Source: a virus. From it: a DNA stretch of 64,000 nt. The translations under genes and the position numbers were made by a program. Shown in pieces: positions 9,138-18,330 of this stretch. The stretch is from IMG/VR virus record IMGVR_UViG_3300017605_001304, positions 32,001 through 96,000 of that record; one strand, 5' to 3'. The notes under the pieces are model-generated. The model was not told where the DNA came from, made no database searches, and saw only the letters and a program-made list of their open reading frames with translations. Within the stretch, counting starts at the first letter, position 1; every line of letters begins with the position of its first letter.

Positions 9138-9557
9138 TCACTCCTGCGGATCGATCTGCAGGATCAGTTGCGGGTCGGACGGCTTCTGCAGCTTCGCGAG
9201 CATCGTGGACGGCACGCGGCCGTTCTTCACGGCGTCGTTCCACTTCTCCGGCACGATCTTGCGGGCCGTGACCTCCGCCAAGAGGTCCGGCTTGAACCGC
9301 GCGAGGTAGCGCAGCGTCTTCTCGGCGTCGAGCGACGGCTTGAGGCCCTTCCAGAAGGTCATCGCGCGTCCGAGCCGACGCGCGGTCGACCCCTTCTGCG
9401 GGACGCCGTTCTTCTGCAGGAAGTCCGTGAGCCACTTCCGCCGCGCGTCGATCTCTTCCGCGTACGCGTCGATCTGCGCGCACACCTCGTCGACCAGCTC
9501 GCACGGCGTCTGCTGCTCGGCACTCTGCACGAACTTCGGTGGCTCCAACTTCGGCAT
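9138..9557 (-). CDS. Hypothetical protein
   Basis: ATG at 9557 with SD, directly downstream of promoter copy 2. Confidence 0.7.
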   Translation of the reverse strand: MPKLEPPKFVQSAEQQTPCELVDEVCAQIDAYAEEIDARRKWLTDFLQKNGVPQKGSTARRLGRAMTFWKGLKPSLDAEKTLRYLARFKPDLLAEVTARKIVPEKWNDAVKNGRVPSTMLAKLQKPSDPQLILQIDPQE

Positions 9558-9594
9558 CGCTCGCTCCCTGCTCAAGGTCCTCAGTACGGCGGAG

Positions 9595-9622
9595 AAGGTA
9601 TCAGACCTGGATTACAGGTCAA
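9595..9622 (-). promoter_or_regulatory. Sigma70-type promoter with operator (copy 2)
   Basis: TTGACC-TGTAATCCAGGTCTGA-TACCTT on the minus strand; near-palindrome at 9604-9620. Confidence 0.7.
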
Positions 9623-9631
9623 GCGGAAATC

Positions 9632-10681
9632 TTACTCCATCGGTGCGTGGGGAACCTTTACACGCGCGAGCCCCAGCGCCGCCTCGGTCAGCGCCCCTTG
9701 ATATGGAAGGGCCGCCTCCCGGAGCGCTACCCACTCCTCGGGAGGCAGGGACGCCGGGTCGTGCTCCTGCGGCAGGTTCACGAACGAGACGTCGAACCCT
9801 CGTGCGTGGAGCTGGCGGCACAGGCGAAACGCGTAGGGCTGCGCGTCTCCGTCGAGCGCCACGAAGAAGCGGAGATCGCGGCCCGCCAACCGCGGCATCG
9901 CGGCCAGCATCTCGACCTGCTCCGGCGACACGAACTTGCCGAAGCTCGCGAGCGCATCCGGCCCCGCACGAACGGCCGAGATCACGCCCTCCGTGATCGT
10001 CACGGAATCGATCTCGCGTCGACGCAGTGCACGCAGCACGTCGTGGTAGCGGTAGAGCCGGAGCTTGCGCGGACAGCCCGGCGACGAGAGGTACTTCGGT
10101 CCCGTCTCGTCCTTCGCGAAGGAACGCGCCGACCAGAAGTCGAGCTCACCGCTCGCGTTGTAGTTCGGGAAGAAGATCCGCTGCATGTAGCGGCGCGACC
10201 CGACCTGCAGCTCGTGCGACTCGATCACGTCCGGCGTGATGCCGCGCTCCTCGACCAAGTAGCGGTGGCTCTCCATGCCCTCGATGATCTTGAAGACGGG
10301 ACACGGGAACTCGGCGAGGACGTCTTCTGCTTGCGCGGGAGCACTCTCGGTTCCGAGCTCGACCAGCGCCGTCAGCATCTCATCCCACGACGTCGCGTGC
10401 GTCTCGACGCCAATGCCGAGCTTGCGCAGCAGCGTCGCGACCGTGCCCTTCGCTTCGCAGTTGTAGCAGATGAACCAGCCGGTGCGGCTGAACTTGCCCC
10501 GGCTCTCGCGCTTGAACGGATTGACCATCAGGCGGTAGCGCGTGTCATCACGTGCATGGCCACGCTGCACGCAGAAGGGGCAGCACCACGCGAGTTCTTG
10601 GTCCCCCATGCGACGCGGTTCGCCGAGCACGTCGACGACCTGTCCGAGCACCGACGGCAGCGGCATCCGGTCGGGCCGCAT
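9632..10681 (-). CDS. DNA primase (Zn finger + TOPRIM)
   Basis: CPFC...FICYNC Zn finger; RIFFP, SARS, KYLSSP; TOPRIM ITEGVISA, ALDGDAQ, HDPAS. Confidence 0.9.
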   Translation of the reverse strand: MRPDRMPLPSVLGQVVDVLGEPRRMGDQELAWCCPFCVQRGHARDDTRYRLMVNPFKRESRGKFSRTGWFICYNCEAKGTVATLLRKLGIGVETHATSWDEMLTALVELGTESAPAQAEDVLAEFPCPVFKIIEGMESHRYLVEERGITPDVIESHELQVGSRRYMQRIFFPNYNASGELDFWSARSFAKDETGPKYLSSPGCPRKLRLYRYHDVLRALRRREIDSVTITEGVISAVRAGPDALASFGKFVSPEQVEMLAAMPRLAGRDLRFFVALDGDAQPYAFRLCRQLHARGFDVSFVNLPQEHDPASLPPEEWVALREAALPYQGALTEAALGLARVKVPHAPME

Positions 10682-10682
10682 G

Positions 10683-10850
10683 TCAGCTCTCCAGCAACTT
10701 GAACTCGTGGCTGCAGTGCGTGCAGAACTGCTTGCTGGTGCCCTCGGTCACGTTGTGGATCGAGAGCGACGGGCGGTTGCATTTCGGGCAGGCGATCTGG
10801 GACTCAGCCTTGACCACCACCGGCGGCTGCGGGACTTGGGGCTGCTCCAC
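10683..10850 (-). CDS. Small zinc-ribbon protein (55 aa)
   Basis: Manual translation MEQPQVP...IACPKCNRPS...QFCTHCSHEFKLLES; SD GAGGAGG; below the ORF-track cut-off. Confidence 0.6.
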   Translation of the reverse strand: MEQPQVPQPPVVVKAESQIACPKCNRPSLSIHNVTEGTSKQFCTHCSHEFKLLES

Positions 10851-12282
10851 TGCGTTCCTCCTCGGGTCCGCGTTGGCGGATGAGACACCGACTCAGGTCA
10901 ACTTGCAGCGGGATCTTGAAGCGGTCAGGACCCGAGCGCACCTTCTCGACGAAGAGCGTCATGCGTCCCTGCTCGCGTTCGATGTCCGTCTGCGACAGCG
11001 ACATCACGATGTGCGCCTTCTGGATCTTCTTCACTGAGTCCGAGACGGCGTCCATCCCCACCGAATCCTGGCGGTCGTAGCGCGAGCGCTGGATCTGACT
11101 CGCCGTCCAGACCGGGCAGGACCAGTCATGCGCGAGGGAGATCAGCTCGGCGTAGACGTCGCCGAATACCATGTAGGTCGTGTCGTTCTTCTGCGAGGTT
11201 CCGTGTTGGCGCGTCGGCGAGAGCTCGTCGGCGTAGTCCACGAACAAGACGTCGGGACCGCGGCCATCATCCAGCGCCGAGCGAGCCACGACGGCTCGGA
11301 CGGAAGAGACGGGAGCTCCGGGGTTCACGTACCAGATGTGAATCGTGCCGCCGCCAAGGCTGCGCAGGTGGCGGGCGCCGGCCTTGTAGTCGTCGGTCTC
11401 CGTCTCGACGTCCGAGATTGCTTGCCCAGTCAGGCGTGCGAGACAACGCACGAAGACGTCGTAGGCCGGCAGCTCGTTCGTGATGTAGACGACGCGCTGG
11501 CCCTGCATCGAGGACGCCGCCGCCATGTTCACCAGGAAGCTCGACTTGCCGAGCCCGGTGCGACCGAGCACCAGTCCGAGCTGGCCGCCGCCCAATCCGC
11601 CGCGGAGCGCGCTGTCGATCTTGCTGAAGGTCGTCGCCACTCTCCGTTTCGGATCCGCGATCGTGGAGCGGCAGCGGGACGGGTTGTCCGCGTTCGTGAA
11701 CACCTCGATGCCGGTCCCAACTCCGGAGCCCTTGAGCAGGGCCCGCTGGATCAGCGGGAGGATCTCGAAGTGCTTCTCCGAGTCGTCCGCGTGGTCGCGC
11801 AGGATCTCGATCGACTCCTGCAAGCCTTGGGTGAGTGCCCGCATCCGGCCGAAGTCCGCGACCTTCTCCTGGACGTACTTGCGGTCCGACGGCAGGTCGT
11901 ACTTGTAGATCTCGGCGACGTACTGTCGCACCTGATCCGCAAGGCCGGGGTCGAGTCCGTGCCGCTCGATGAAGCGGTTGCACTTCTCCGTGACGGTCGC
12001 CTGCGACGGGATCTCGTGGTGCTTCTTCGCATGCCGCAGGGCGATGCCTGCGACCAAGGCGATGTATTCGTACTCGAAGTACGACGCGTCCAGGACGTCG
12101 GTCAGCTCGAACAGGAACGTCGGGTCACGCAGCATCAGAGAGACGACGCTGCGCTGGAAACCTTGTGCAAATGGATAGTGATACTTCGCGACACCGTTCG
12201 TCGTTGCATGGCCATTCGTGTGGCCGTTACCGTTCAGGCTCGGCAAGCGGTTGACCGCAACGCCGTTACCAGAATCAGTCAT
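10804..12282 (-). CDS. Replicative DNA helicase, DnaB/T4 gp41-like
   Basis: LGRTGLGKS Walker A, YITNEL, FVDYADEL Walker B, VWTASQ, EKVRSG. Confidence 0.92.
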   Translation of the reverse strand: MTDSGNGVAVNRLPSLNGNGHTNGHATTNGVAKYHYPFAQGFQRSVVSLMLRDPTFLFELTDVLDASYFEYEYIALVAGIALRHAKKHHEIPSQATVTEKCNRFIERHGLDPGLADQVRQYVAEIYKYDLPSDRKYVQEKVADFGRMRALTQGLQESIEILRDHADDSEKHFEILPLIQRALLKGSGVGTGIEVFTNADNPSRCRSTIADPKRRVATTFSKIDSALRGGLGGGQLGLVLGRTGLGKSSFLVNMAAASSMQGQRVVYITNELPAYDVFVRCLARLTGQAISDVETETDDYKAGARHLRSLGGGTIHIWYVNPGAPVSSVRAVVARSALDDGRGPDVLFVDYADELSPTRQHGTSQKNDTTYMVFGDVYAELISLAHDWSCPVWTASQIQRSRYDRQDSVGMDAVSDSVKKIQKAHIVMSLSQTDIEREQGRMTLFVEKVRSGPDRFKIPLQVDLSRCLIRQRGPEEERSGAAPSPAAAGGGQG

Positions 12283-12682
12283 CGTCGCCCTCCTCGGGCG
12301 GAGCGACCGGCTCCGCTCCGGACAACTTCTGCAGCGCGCTCTTCACGATCTTCTTCAGACGCACGCGGAGCGGTGGAGCTTCGGGGTAACGGCGGAAGAA
12401 ACTCGCCAACCAGCCACTGATGTTTTCCTTCAGGCCGGTGTGGTCCTTCAACTGCCGCAGAACCAACCAATGGAAGTTCCAGCGCGTCCAGCGATCGCAG
12501 GCGCGGATGAACTTGGTGAAGTTCACGCCTTCGGGGACAGGAAAGCCGACGGAGAATTCCGGGCGCATGGACCCGAAGTCGCCGGTCGGAATGGTCATCC
12601 CTACCGTGATCTGGATGTGATCCGGACGGATCACGATCTTCGACGGTTCAGCTTCGGCATCAGGTACATCGATCGTTTCCAC
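12275..12682 (-). CDS. Hypothetical protein
   Basis: In the operon between the two helicases; SD AGGAGG. Confidence 0.65.
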   Translation of the reverse strand: METIDVPDAEAEPSKIVIRPDHIQITVGMTIPTGDFGSMRPEFSVGFPVPEGVNFTKFIRACDRWTRWNFHWLVLRQLKDHTGLKENISGWLASFFRRYPEAPPLRVRLKKIVKSALQKLSGAEPVAPPEEGDDD

Positions 12683-12690
12683 AATTCCTC

Positions 12691-14142
12691 CTAGGCGACG
12701 TAGCGAGCCGGCAGGTCCATCTCGACGTCGATTTCCTCTTCCAGGTAACTCTGGATGCGCTCACGCGAGTGGTTGCGCAGGTAGTGATGCGTCAAGTCAT
12801 CGAAGTCGATGATGATCGTGTCCGTCTTTCCCTCGTGTGAAGTCATGCCACGGAACGCGCGCTGTATGGTTTTGATCGGACTCTTCAATCCTCCCGCTAA
12901 GATCACGGCATCAAGATGGGGAATATCAATCCCTTCGTCCAGCACTTGCGACGCGATCAACACTTCGATCTTGCCGGTGCGGAGAGACTCCACTACACCA
13001 TCATGATCCATGTTAGATCGGCGTAGTTTGCCGAGCGGGCTGATCGTCGAGAGCGTATCCGCCGACCACGTGAATGCCGCCGAGGCACCGGCCGTGTGGA
13101 TGCTCTTCAGCAGGCTCTCGCCGTGCTCGATCCGCGAGACCAGCAAGAGCACGTGCCGCCCCTCTTTGGCCAATCGACAAGCTGCATCGACGATGATCTT
13201 GTTGCGGGCCCGATTGACCACGATCCCGAGGCGGTACACCGTAGGAAAGTGATCGCCCGAGAACTTGGGCTGCGTGATCTTCGCCATGTAGAGCTTCGGG
13301 TTGGCGAGGAAGCCCTTGTCCCGCAAGTAGCTCGACGAGATGTCGTAGATCAGCGGGCCGGTGGCGCCGACCATGTAAAGGTCGATCGGCTTCATGCGCG
13401 TGCCACGGTCGTGGAACGGCGTGCCGGAGAGGCCGAAGCGCCAAGGAGCCGCGCACGCTCGTGCGGTCGCGAGCCAGCTATCCGAGCTGAGGTGATGCAC
13501 CTCGTCGAAGATCAGCAGCTCCCGCGATCCGACCAGCTCGCACGCCCACTCCTCGCGCCGGCCGAGCGCCCCGTAGAGCGTCTGGACGGTCGCGATCACG
13601 TGACGGCCCTTCACCTCGCGCACGCCATCTCCAATCGTGCAGAGGTCCGGGACGCCCCAGGCCGAGAACGTCTTGAAGTGCTGGTTCAGGAGACGCAGGC
13701 GGTCGACGACCAGCAGCGACGGAACGTCCAGCAGCTTGATCAGCGCGGCGGCGTAAGCGCTCTTGCCCGACCGCGGCGGCGAGCGAACCACACCGCGGCC
13801 GCGAGCCAGCATGCGCTCGATGGCGGCGAGCTGGTAATCACGCAGCGTGATGCCGTGCAGGAGGTCCGGCGGGATCGGCCGCGTCAGCGTCGGGATGTCG
13901 TGGCTCGACGTGTAGGGGTAGTGCAGGTCGTCGAGCCGCTCCTCGATCAGCGGCAACAGGCCGGACGGGAAGCTGCGGTTGCCGGCGTCGTAGTAGCGGT
14001 GGACGCCGTCCCAGCGCCCCTCCTGATACGCGCGGGACTTGAACTTGTCGGGGTCGTCGATCGTCAGGATGCGGCAGAGTGCTTCCCATTCAATCGGCGT
14101 CGCCTGCACGCGAACGTCGGTCGCACCCTGAATGAAATGCAC
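12691..14142 (-). CDS. SF2 DEAD/DEAH-box helicase, UvsW-like
   Basis: LRDYQ, PPRSGKS, DEVHH, GLSGTP, LDEGIDIP, IQRAFRGM, IIDFDD. Confidence 0.92.
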   Translation of the reverse strand: MHFIQGATDVRVQATPIEWEALCRILTIDDPDKFKSRAYQEGRWDGVHRYYDAGNRSFPSGLLPLIEERLDDLHYPYTSSHDIPTLTRPIPPDLLHGITLRDYQLAAIERMLARGRGVVRSPPRSGKSAYAAALIKLLDVPSLLVVDRLRLLNQHFKTFSAWGVPDLCTIGDGVREVKGRHVIATVQTLYGALGRREEWACELVGSRELLIFDEVHHLSSDSWLATARACAAPWRFGLSGTPFHDRGTRMKPIDLYMVGATGPLIYDISSSYLRDKGFLANPKLYMAKITQPKFSGDHFPTVYRLGIVVNRARNKIIVDAACRLAKEGRHVLLLVSRIEHGESLLKSIHTAGASAAFTWSADTLSTISPLGKLRRSNMDHDGVVESLRTGKIEVLIASQVLDEGIDIPHLDAVILAGGLKSPIKTIQRAFRGMTSHEGKTDTIIIDFDDLTHHYLRNHSRERIQSYLEEEIDVEMDLPARYVA

Positions 14143-14280
14143 TCAGCGCCTCCAGAGTCTCCGTTTCGGAGTTACTCGTTTGAGCTCAGCACGAAGCAAC
14201 TGCAGCTCGGCCTCACGCTTCACGATTTCGAGCTTGAGCATCAGCCGTTGCTCATCCGGCGTCAGGTAGTCCGTTGTCAT
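14143..14280 (-). CDS. Small coiled-coil protein (45 aa)
   Basis: Manual translation MTTDYLTPDEQRLMLKLEIVKREAELQLLRAELKR...; fills the gap exactly and has an SD. Confidence 0.45.
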   Translation of the reverse strand: MTTDYLTPDEQRLMLKLEIVKREAELQLLRAELKRVTPKRRLWRR

Positions 14281-14500
14281 CGTGACTCTCCCCCGGTTCG
14301 TCGAGCTGGGCCTCGCAGTACCGCGCGAGCTGCATCGACAGGCCGTAGCAGGTGAACACGTTGCCGTAGATGAACGGCCAGCTCGCGTCGGACTCGGCGT
14401 CGTGGTTCAGCGTCAGGTGCAGCACGATCGCCTCGGAACGTCGCGCCAACGCCTTCGCGAGATCCTCCGTCGATACGAGATCGAGCTCGTCGTCGGTCAT
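14252..14500 (-). CDS. Hypothetical protein
   Basis: MTDDELDLVSTEDLAKALARR...; SD GGGAGG. Confidence 0.6.
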   Translation of the reverse strand: MTDDELDLVSTEDLAKALARRSEAIVLHLTLNHDAESDASWPFIYGNVFTCYGLSMQLARYCEAQLDEPGESHDDNGLPDAG

Positions 14501-14589
14501 AGTCCCTCCCAAAGAACATGGGCCCGCAGAGTCTTTCGACCCTACGGGCCCATTCCGGGCCTCCACCAACCGTCTCAGACTCGGCTGGT

Positions 14590-15330
14590 TTAGTTCATCA
14601 CGACCTGCTTGTCGTACTCGCGGTCGACCCACCGGATCTCGCCGCGTTCCAGGCGCTCTTTCTCGCCCTGGTTCCACGCCGGCCGGTTCGCCCGCTTCAA
14701 GACGTCGTCCTCGTCGTGCATGAGAGCCAGCGCCAGCGCGCCGACCCGGTCCTCGACCGGGTACTGGAAGCTCGCGTGCATGCAGAACTTGTCCTTCGGC
14801 TTGCCGTCGTGGTCGAGCAGGTAGAGCTCGCCGCCGAAGCCGGGGTTGATCTCGAAGATCCCCGCCTTGCCGCGGTAGCGGACGATCTTCTTCGTCCGCC
14901 AGTCGCGCATCTGCTCCTCGGAGAGGATGAGCGACAGCATCTGCTCGGCGGTCTGCCGCTGCTTGCGGCGCTTCCACCGACGCTGGACCTTCGCCCGGCG
15001 CTGCTCCTCCGCCGTCGGCGGGACGTACACCTGCTGGTTGACCTGCTGATGGTTCCAGTGCTGCGTGTACCGGATCTGCCCGGTCCAGTTCGACCAGATG
15101 ATCCCGGCGTTCGTGACGGTGACCGTGGACGCCCCGCTCTCCCCGTACGTAGCGTTCGTCCAGGTCTTCCAGACGATGGGCGCGCTGATCGTCGTCGCGC
15201 TGCCGGTCACGTAGTTCCAGTTGTTCCAGACCGCGTTGGTGTACGTGATGCCGCCCGTGACGGACGTGACGGACGTGTCGGAGTCCGTGTTGTATCCCGT
15301 GCCCCCGCTGGTTGCCGCGTAGTACGGCAT
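14590..15330 (-). CDS. Hypothetical protein with C-terminal Cys/His domain, partner of the Gly-Gly-ending protein
   Basis: T/W/N-rich N-terminal repeats (W..W..), then AEQMLSLILSEEQ...KFCMH...PVEDRVGALALALMHDEDDVLKRAN. Confidence 0.7.
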   Translation of the reverse strand: MPYYAATSGGTGYNTDSDTSVTSVTGGITYTNAVWNNWNYVTGSATTISAPIVWKTWTNATYGESGASTVTVTNAGIIWSNWTGQIRYTQHWNHQQVNQQVYVPPTAEEQRRAKVQRRWKRRKQRQTAEQMLSLILSEEQMRDWRTKKIVRYRGKAGIFEINPGFGGELYLLDHDGKPKDKFCMHASFQYPVEDRVGALALALMHDEDDVLKRANRPAWNQGEKERLERGEIRWVDREYDKQVVMN

Positions 15331-15333
15331 CGC

Positions 15334-15609
15334 TCAGCCGCCAACGACCGCCGCGGCCATGATGACCGCCTTCGCCTCGGGGTCGAACTTGCGCATGACC
15401 TCGGCCTTCTCGCCGCTCTTCTTCACGGCGTAGCCGACCATGCCGCGCTTCACGCAGTCGTCGAACGTGCGGCGCGCCGTCTCGGTCTCGTCCTGGTTCT
15501 CCGGATCCCAGATGACCTTCACGTCACCGGCGCTCGGATCCATGTAGCGGAGTACGTGCGGCTCCTTCGAAGCCGCGCTCTCCTCCAACATCTGCAACGT
15601 CCCAGGCAT
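15334..15609 (-). CDS. Small protein with C-terminal Gly-Gly (candidate ubiquitin-like modifier)
   Basis: 91 aa, ...GDVKVIWDP...ARRTFD...GMVGYAV...MRKFDPEAKAVIMAAAVVGG-stop; SD AGGAG. Confidence 0.7.
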   Translation of the reverse strand: MPGTLQMLEESAASKEPHVLRYMDPSAGDVKVIWDPENQDETETARRTFDDCVKRGMVGYAVKKSGEKAEVMRKFDPEAKAVIMAAAVVGG

Positions 15610-15653
15610 CGCTCGTGCTCCTTCTGGTAAGTCCGCTCCTCCGAGCGGAGTGC

Positions 15654-16172
15654 TCAACTCACAGGACTCTTCGGCCCCTCCTCGGTCGGCGGCTTCTTCC
15701 GCCGTGGCCGCTTCGGAACGCTCGGCGAGTCCTGCCGGGTCATGTTCGGTACTTCCATCTTCTGGATCTCGACCTTGCCCTGGCCGGCTGCCATCTCGAA
15801 CAGCGAGTGGAGGAAGCCGCCGGGGGCGACGGGGTCGGCCTGCCGCGGCGCCGGCTGCGCGGCCAGCATGTCCTGCGCGAACTCCTCGGAGATCTTGCGC
15901 AGCTTGACGTAGCGCGTGTCGAACACGACGCGCTTCGGCTGCTTCGCGAGGTCGCCGCTGGCGGTCGCGAGCCACTCCAGGAGCAGCATCGGGTGCTCGT
16001 AGCGGATGATCTTGAACAGGTGGTTGCGCAGGTCGGGATCGGGACCGATCCACGCCTGCCCCCAGCCGCGCTGGATGAACGCCTTCGACTCGAAGTCCAT
16101 GAACCACGCCTGCTCGATCGTCACGAACACGCCAGGAAGGTAGTCGTCAGCGGGAAGGGTTTTCACGATCAC
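15654..16172 (-). CDS. Hypothetical protein
   Basis: Coupled by GTGA overlap to the upstream gene. Confidence 0.65.
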   Translation of the reverse strand: MIVKTLPADDYLPGVFVTIEQAWFMDFESKAFIQRGWGQAWIGPDPDLRNHLFKIIRYEHPMLLLEWLATASGDLAKQPKRVVFDTRYVKLRKISEEFAQDMLAAQPAPRQADPVAPGGFLHSLFEMAAGQGKVEIQKMEVPNMTRQDSPSVPKRPRRKKPPTEEGPKSPVS

Positions 16173-17119
16173 TCTCCTCCCGACAGCGAAGAGACCTGCT
16201 CCGTCACGTCGGGACTGATGTCGAACGGGGTATCGATGCGTCGACCTGACGTCGGCGTCGCCGTGCTGAAGATCCCCCAGCGCGTGAGACGGACCAGCTT
16301 CAGGATCGAGACCGGCAGCAGCGGGAGCGCGTAGCAGACCGGCCTCATCACAAGCTGCAGGCCCTTCCGCTTCGCCAGCCGATGCTCCACCGTCACACCG
16401 AGCTCCGGCACCGCCACGAACTGGACGTTGCCGGGCATGAGTCTACCACGCGCGAAGCGATAGTAGTTCATGCCGCGGCGAGGGTTCCGGGCCGGCTGCC
16501 AGATGTCCGACGGCCTGTAGACGTATCCGCGGTAGCAAGTCTGCGGCTTGCTGACCTGCTTCTTGATGCGCTTGGGCAAGCCCTCCAGCCAGCCCTCGGC
16601 GTACGCGATGTTCGGGTTCTTCGAGGGCACGAGGATGCGGCCGAAGAGCGTCGCGCGGTGCACCAGCAAGACCGGCGTCTTGATCGCGAAGACGTTCGCG
16701 GCGAAGTGCACCGAGCTGCCGGCCTGCTCGATCCGGTCCTGCTCCGCCTGCCCCGAGAACCAGATCCAGTTCTTCGCGATCTGCACGTCCCACTCGTAGG
16801 GGTCGCGGCAGCGGAAGTAGTCGACGCCCTCGTTCCTGAGCTTCTGGATCTGGCGCGTCAGGTACGCGTACGGGTCACCGGGGTCGGGCTTCTTCGCGAG
16901 CTCCGCCTTGAGCCAGTCCTCGCCCACCTCGGCGCAGAACGGGATCGGGACCTCGACCACGACGTCGCGTCGCTGGAGCGCCGTGAGGCGGATCAGGAGC
17001 GTCCGCTCGCGGATTTCGTGCAGCAGGCCCACCCGCGGCGCGAGCGGCCCGTGGACGATCTCAACGCGTTCCCCGACGTGCAGGTCCCGGACGAGAGGCT
17101 TCCCCACCCGAACCCCCAT
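16169..17119 (-). CDS. Protein with N-terminal KOW (NusG C-terminal-like) motif
   Basis: LHVGERVEIVHGPLAPRVGLLHEI...VVVEV; first gene of the leftward operon. Confidence 0.55.
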   Translation of the reverse strand: MGVRVGKPLVRDLHVGERVEIVHGPLAPRVGLLHEIRERTLLIRLTALQRRDVVVEVPIPFCAEVGEDWLKAELAKKPDPGDPYAYLTRQIQKLRNEGVDYFRCRDPYEWDVQIAKNWIWFSGQAEQDRIEQAGSSVHFAANVFAIKTPVLLVHRATLFGRILVPSKNPNIAYAEGWLEGLPKRIKKQVSKPQTCYRGYVYRPSDIWQPARNPRRGMNYYRFARGRLMPGNVQFVAVPELGVTVEHRLAKRKGLQLVMRPVCYALPLLPVSILKLVRLTRWGIFSTATPTSGRRIDTPFDISPDVTEQVSSLSGGE

Positions 17120-17134
17120 TTCAGCCGACAGCAA

Positions 17135-17917
17135 GCCCTACCTGTCAGTATCGAAAACGGAGATTCGAAAATCTTCGCTCGCTACAAGTCGCTGGTAGGG
17201 AAGGTCTTATGGCCGTTCAGGCGCGCTGCACCCAGGTTCAGTCGTTCGGACGAGTGAACCTTGAACCTCCTGGAAACCCACGTTAACCTAGGTTCGACAA
17301 GTGCGAGGGGTTCGCTCGGCTGTCCGTGCTCATCTCCTCCTGCGGAAGTCCTCCGCACCGCCGCTGCGAGCTCCTCTACTTCGCTGTTCGAGCCCCGGGT
17401 GCCCGCTCAGGCGCCCGGGGCGTTTTCATGCTGCGGGCCTGCCCGGTCGTCCGCCCCCGGGCCTGGAAACAACGCGACCCCTGCAGGAGGACCTGCAGGG
17501 GTCGTTGTCCGTCTACCTTGGGGAGGTGGTTGACTCGCGGTCCGCGCGACGGCATGCTGACCGGTGCGTAAGAGTCGGGCTCAGAGAGTACCCGCCAACT
17601 ACGCCGGGTCAAGGGCGTCGTCCCGTGAACGATGAGCCTGGGGTCCCACCTGTACCCCGCCAAACGGCGAACTCTACGGGGATCGGCCTCGGGTGTCCCG
17701 GCGCACAGCTCCGGGGCGATTCCCTCGGGGGCCTTAAAAGCCGAGGGAGGCGTGCCCAATCCTCTGAGCTCCCGCTGATCGCGCGGGGGCCGCCCTCTTC
17801 AGCCGTAAGGCGGGAGGGGGAAGGGGGTGGGCGTTTGACCCCTCTTGCCTTCGGACTTCTCCTAGTATCACCCCCAGGAATGGACACTTCTGTCACGGCT
17901 TACGAGGGGGATCGAGG
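17135..17917. other. Hairpin-rich divergent intergenic region (possible ncRNA, leader or origin)
   Basis: No credible ORF; stems at 17234-17261, 17341-17357, 17392-17421 (followed by GTTTT), 17475-17504 (perfect 13 bp) and 17721-17748. Confidence 0.5.
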
Positions 17918-18118
17918 ATGTTCAAGGACCGCTACCGCATGCGGTGGACCCGGGTCGGTGCTGCCGGGTACGTCGGACTCGCGATGCGGGCCTCCAGGAA
18001 CACGACGACGCTGCCGGTCACCGGCGGCAACGGGCAGGTCCTCTTCCTGATGCTGTGGAACCAGGGCACCACGCGCGTCGCGCAAGAGGTCGACCGGCTG
18101 CTCGGGGCACGTAGATGA
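17918..18118 (+). CDS. Small protein, array A member 1
   Basis: MFKDRYRMRW...VDRLLGARR; ATGA-coupled to the next ORF. Confidence 0.65.
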   Translation: MFKDRYRMRWTRVGAAGYVGLAMRASRNTTTLPVTGGNGQVLFLMLWNQGTTRVAQEVDRLLGARR

Positions 18119-18330
18119 ACTTCAAGCACCGCTTCGATCTTCGGTGGCGCAACGCGCCGTGGCCGAGCTCCATCATGCCCACCTGGACGTTGCGGGTCGG
18201 TCCGGAAGACGAGCTGACCTTCTCGATGCTGGACGTCAACCGCATCGAGGACATGATGTTCGAGGCGAACCACGGCGCCGAGAACGTGTTCGCGATGAAC
18301 CTCAGCGGCTTGTTCAGGGACCGTTCATGA
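18115..18330 (+). CDS. Small protein, array A member 2
   Basis: MNFKHRFDLRW...VGPEDELTF...LSGLFRDRS; paralogous to members 3 and 4. Confidence 0.75.
   Translation: MNFKHRFDLRWRNAPWPSSIMPTWTLRVGPEDELTFSMLDVNRIEDMMFEANHGAENVFAMNLSGLFRDRS

Noticed and set aside
17261-17896. Several 80-250 aa ORFs in the intergenic region
   Set aside because: No SD, atypical codon usage, Pro/Arg/Gly-rich, and coincide with hairpins.
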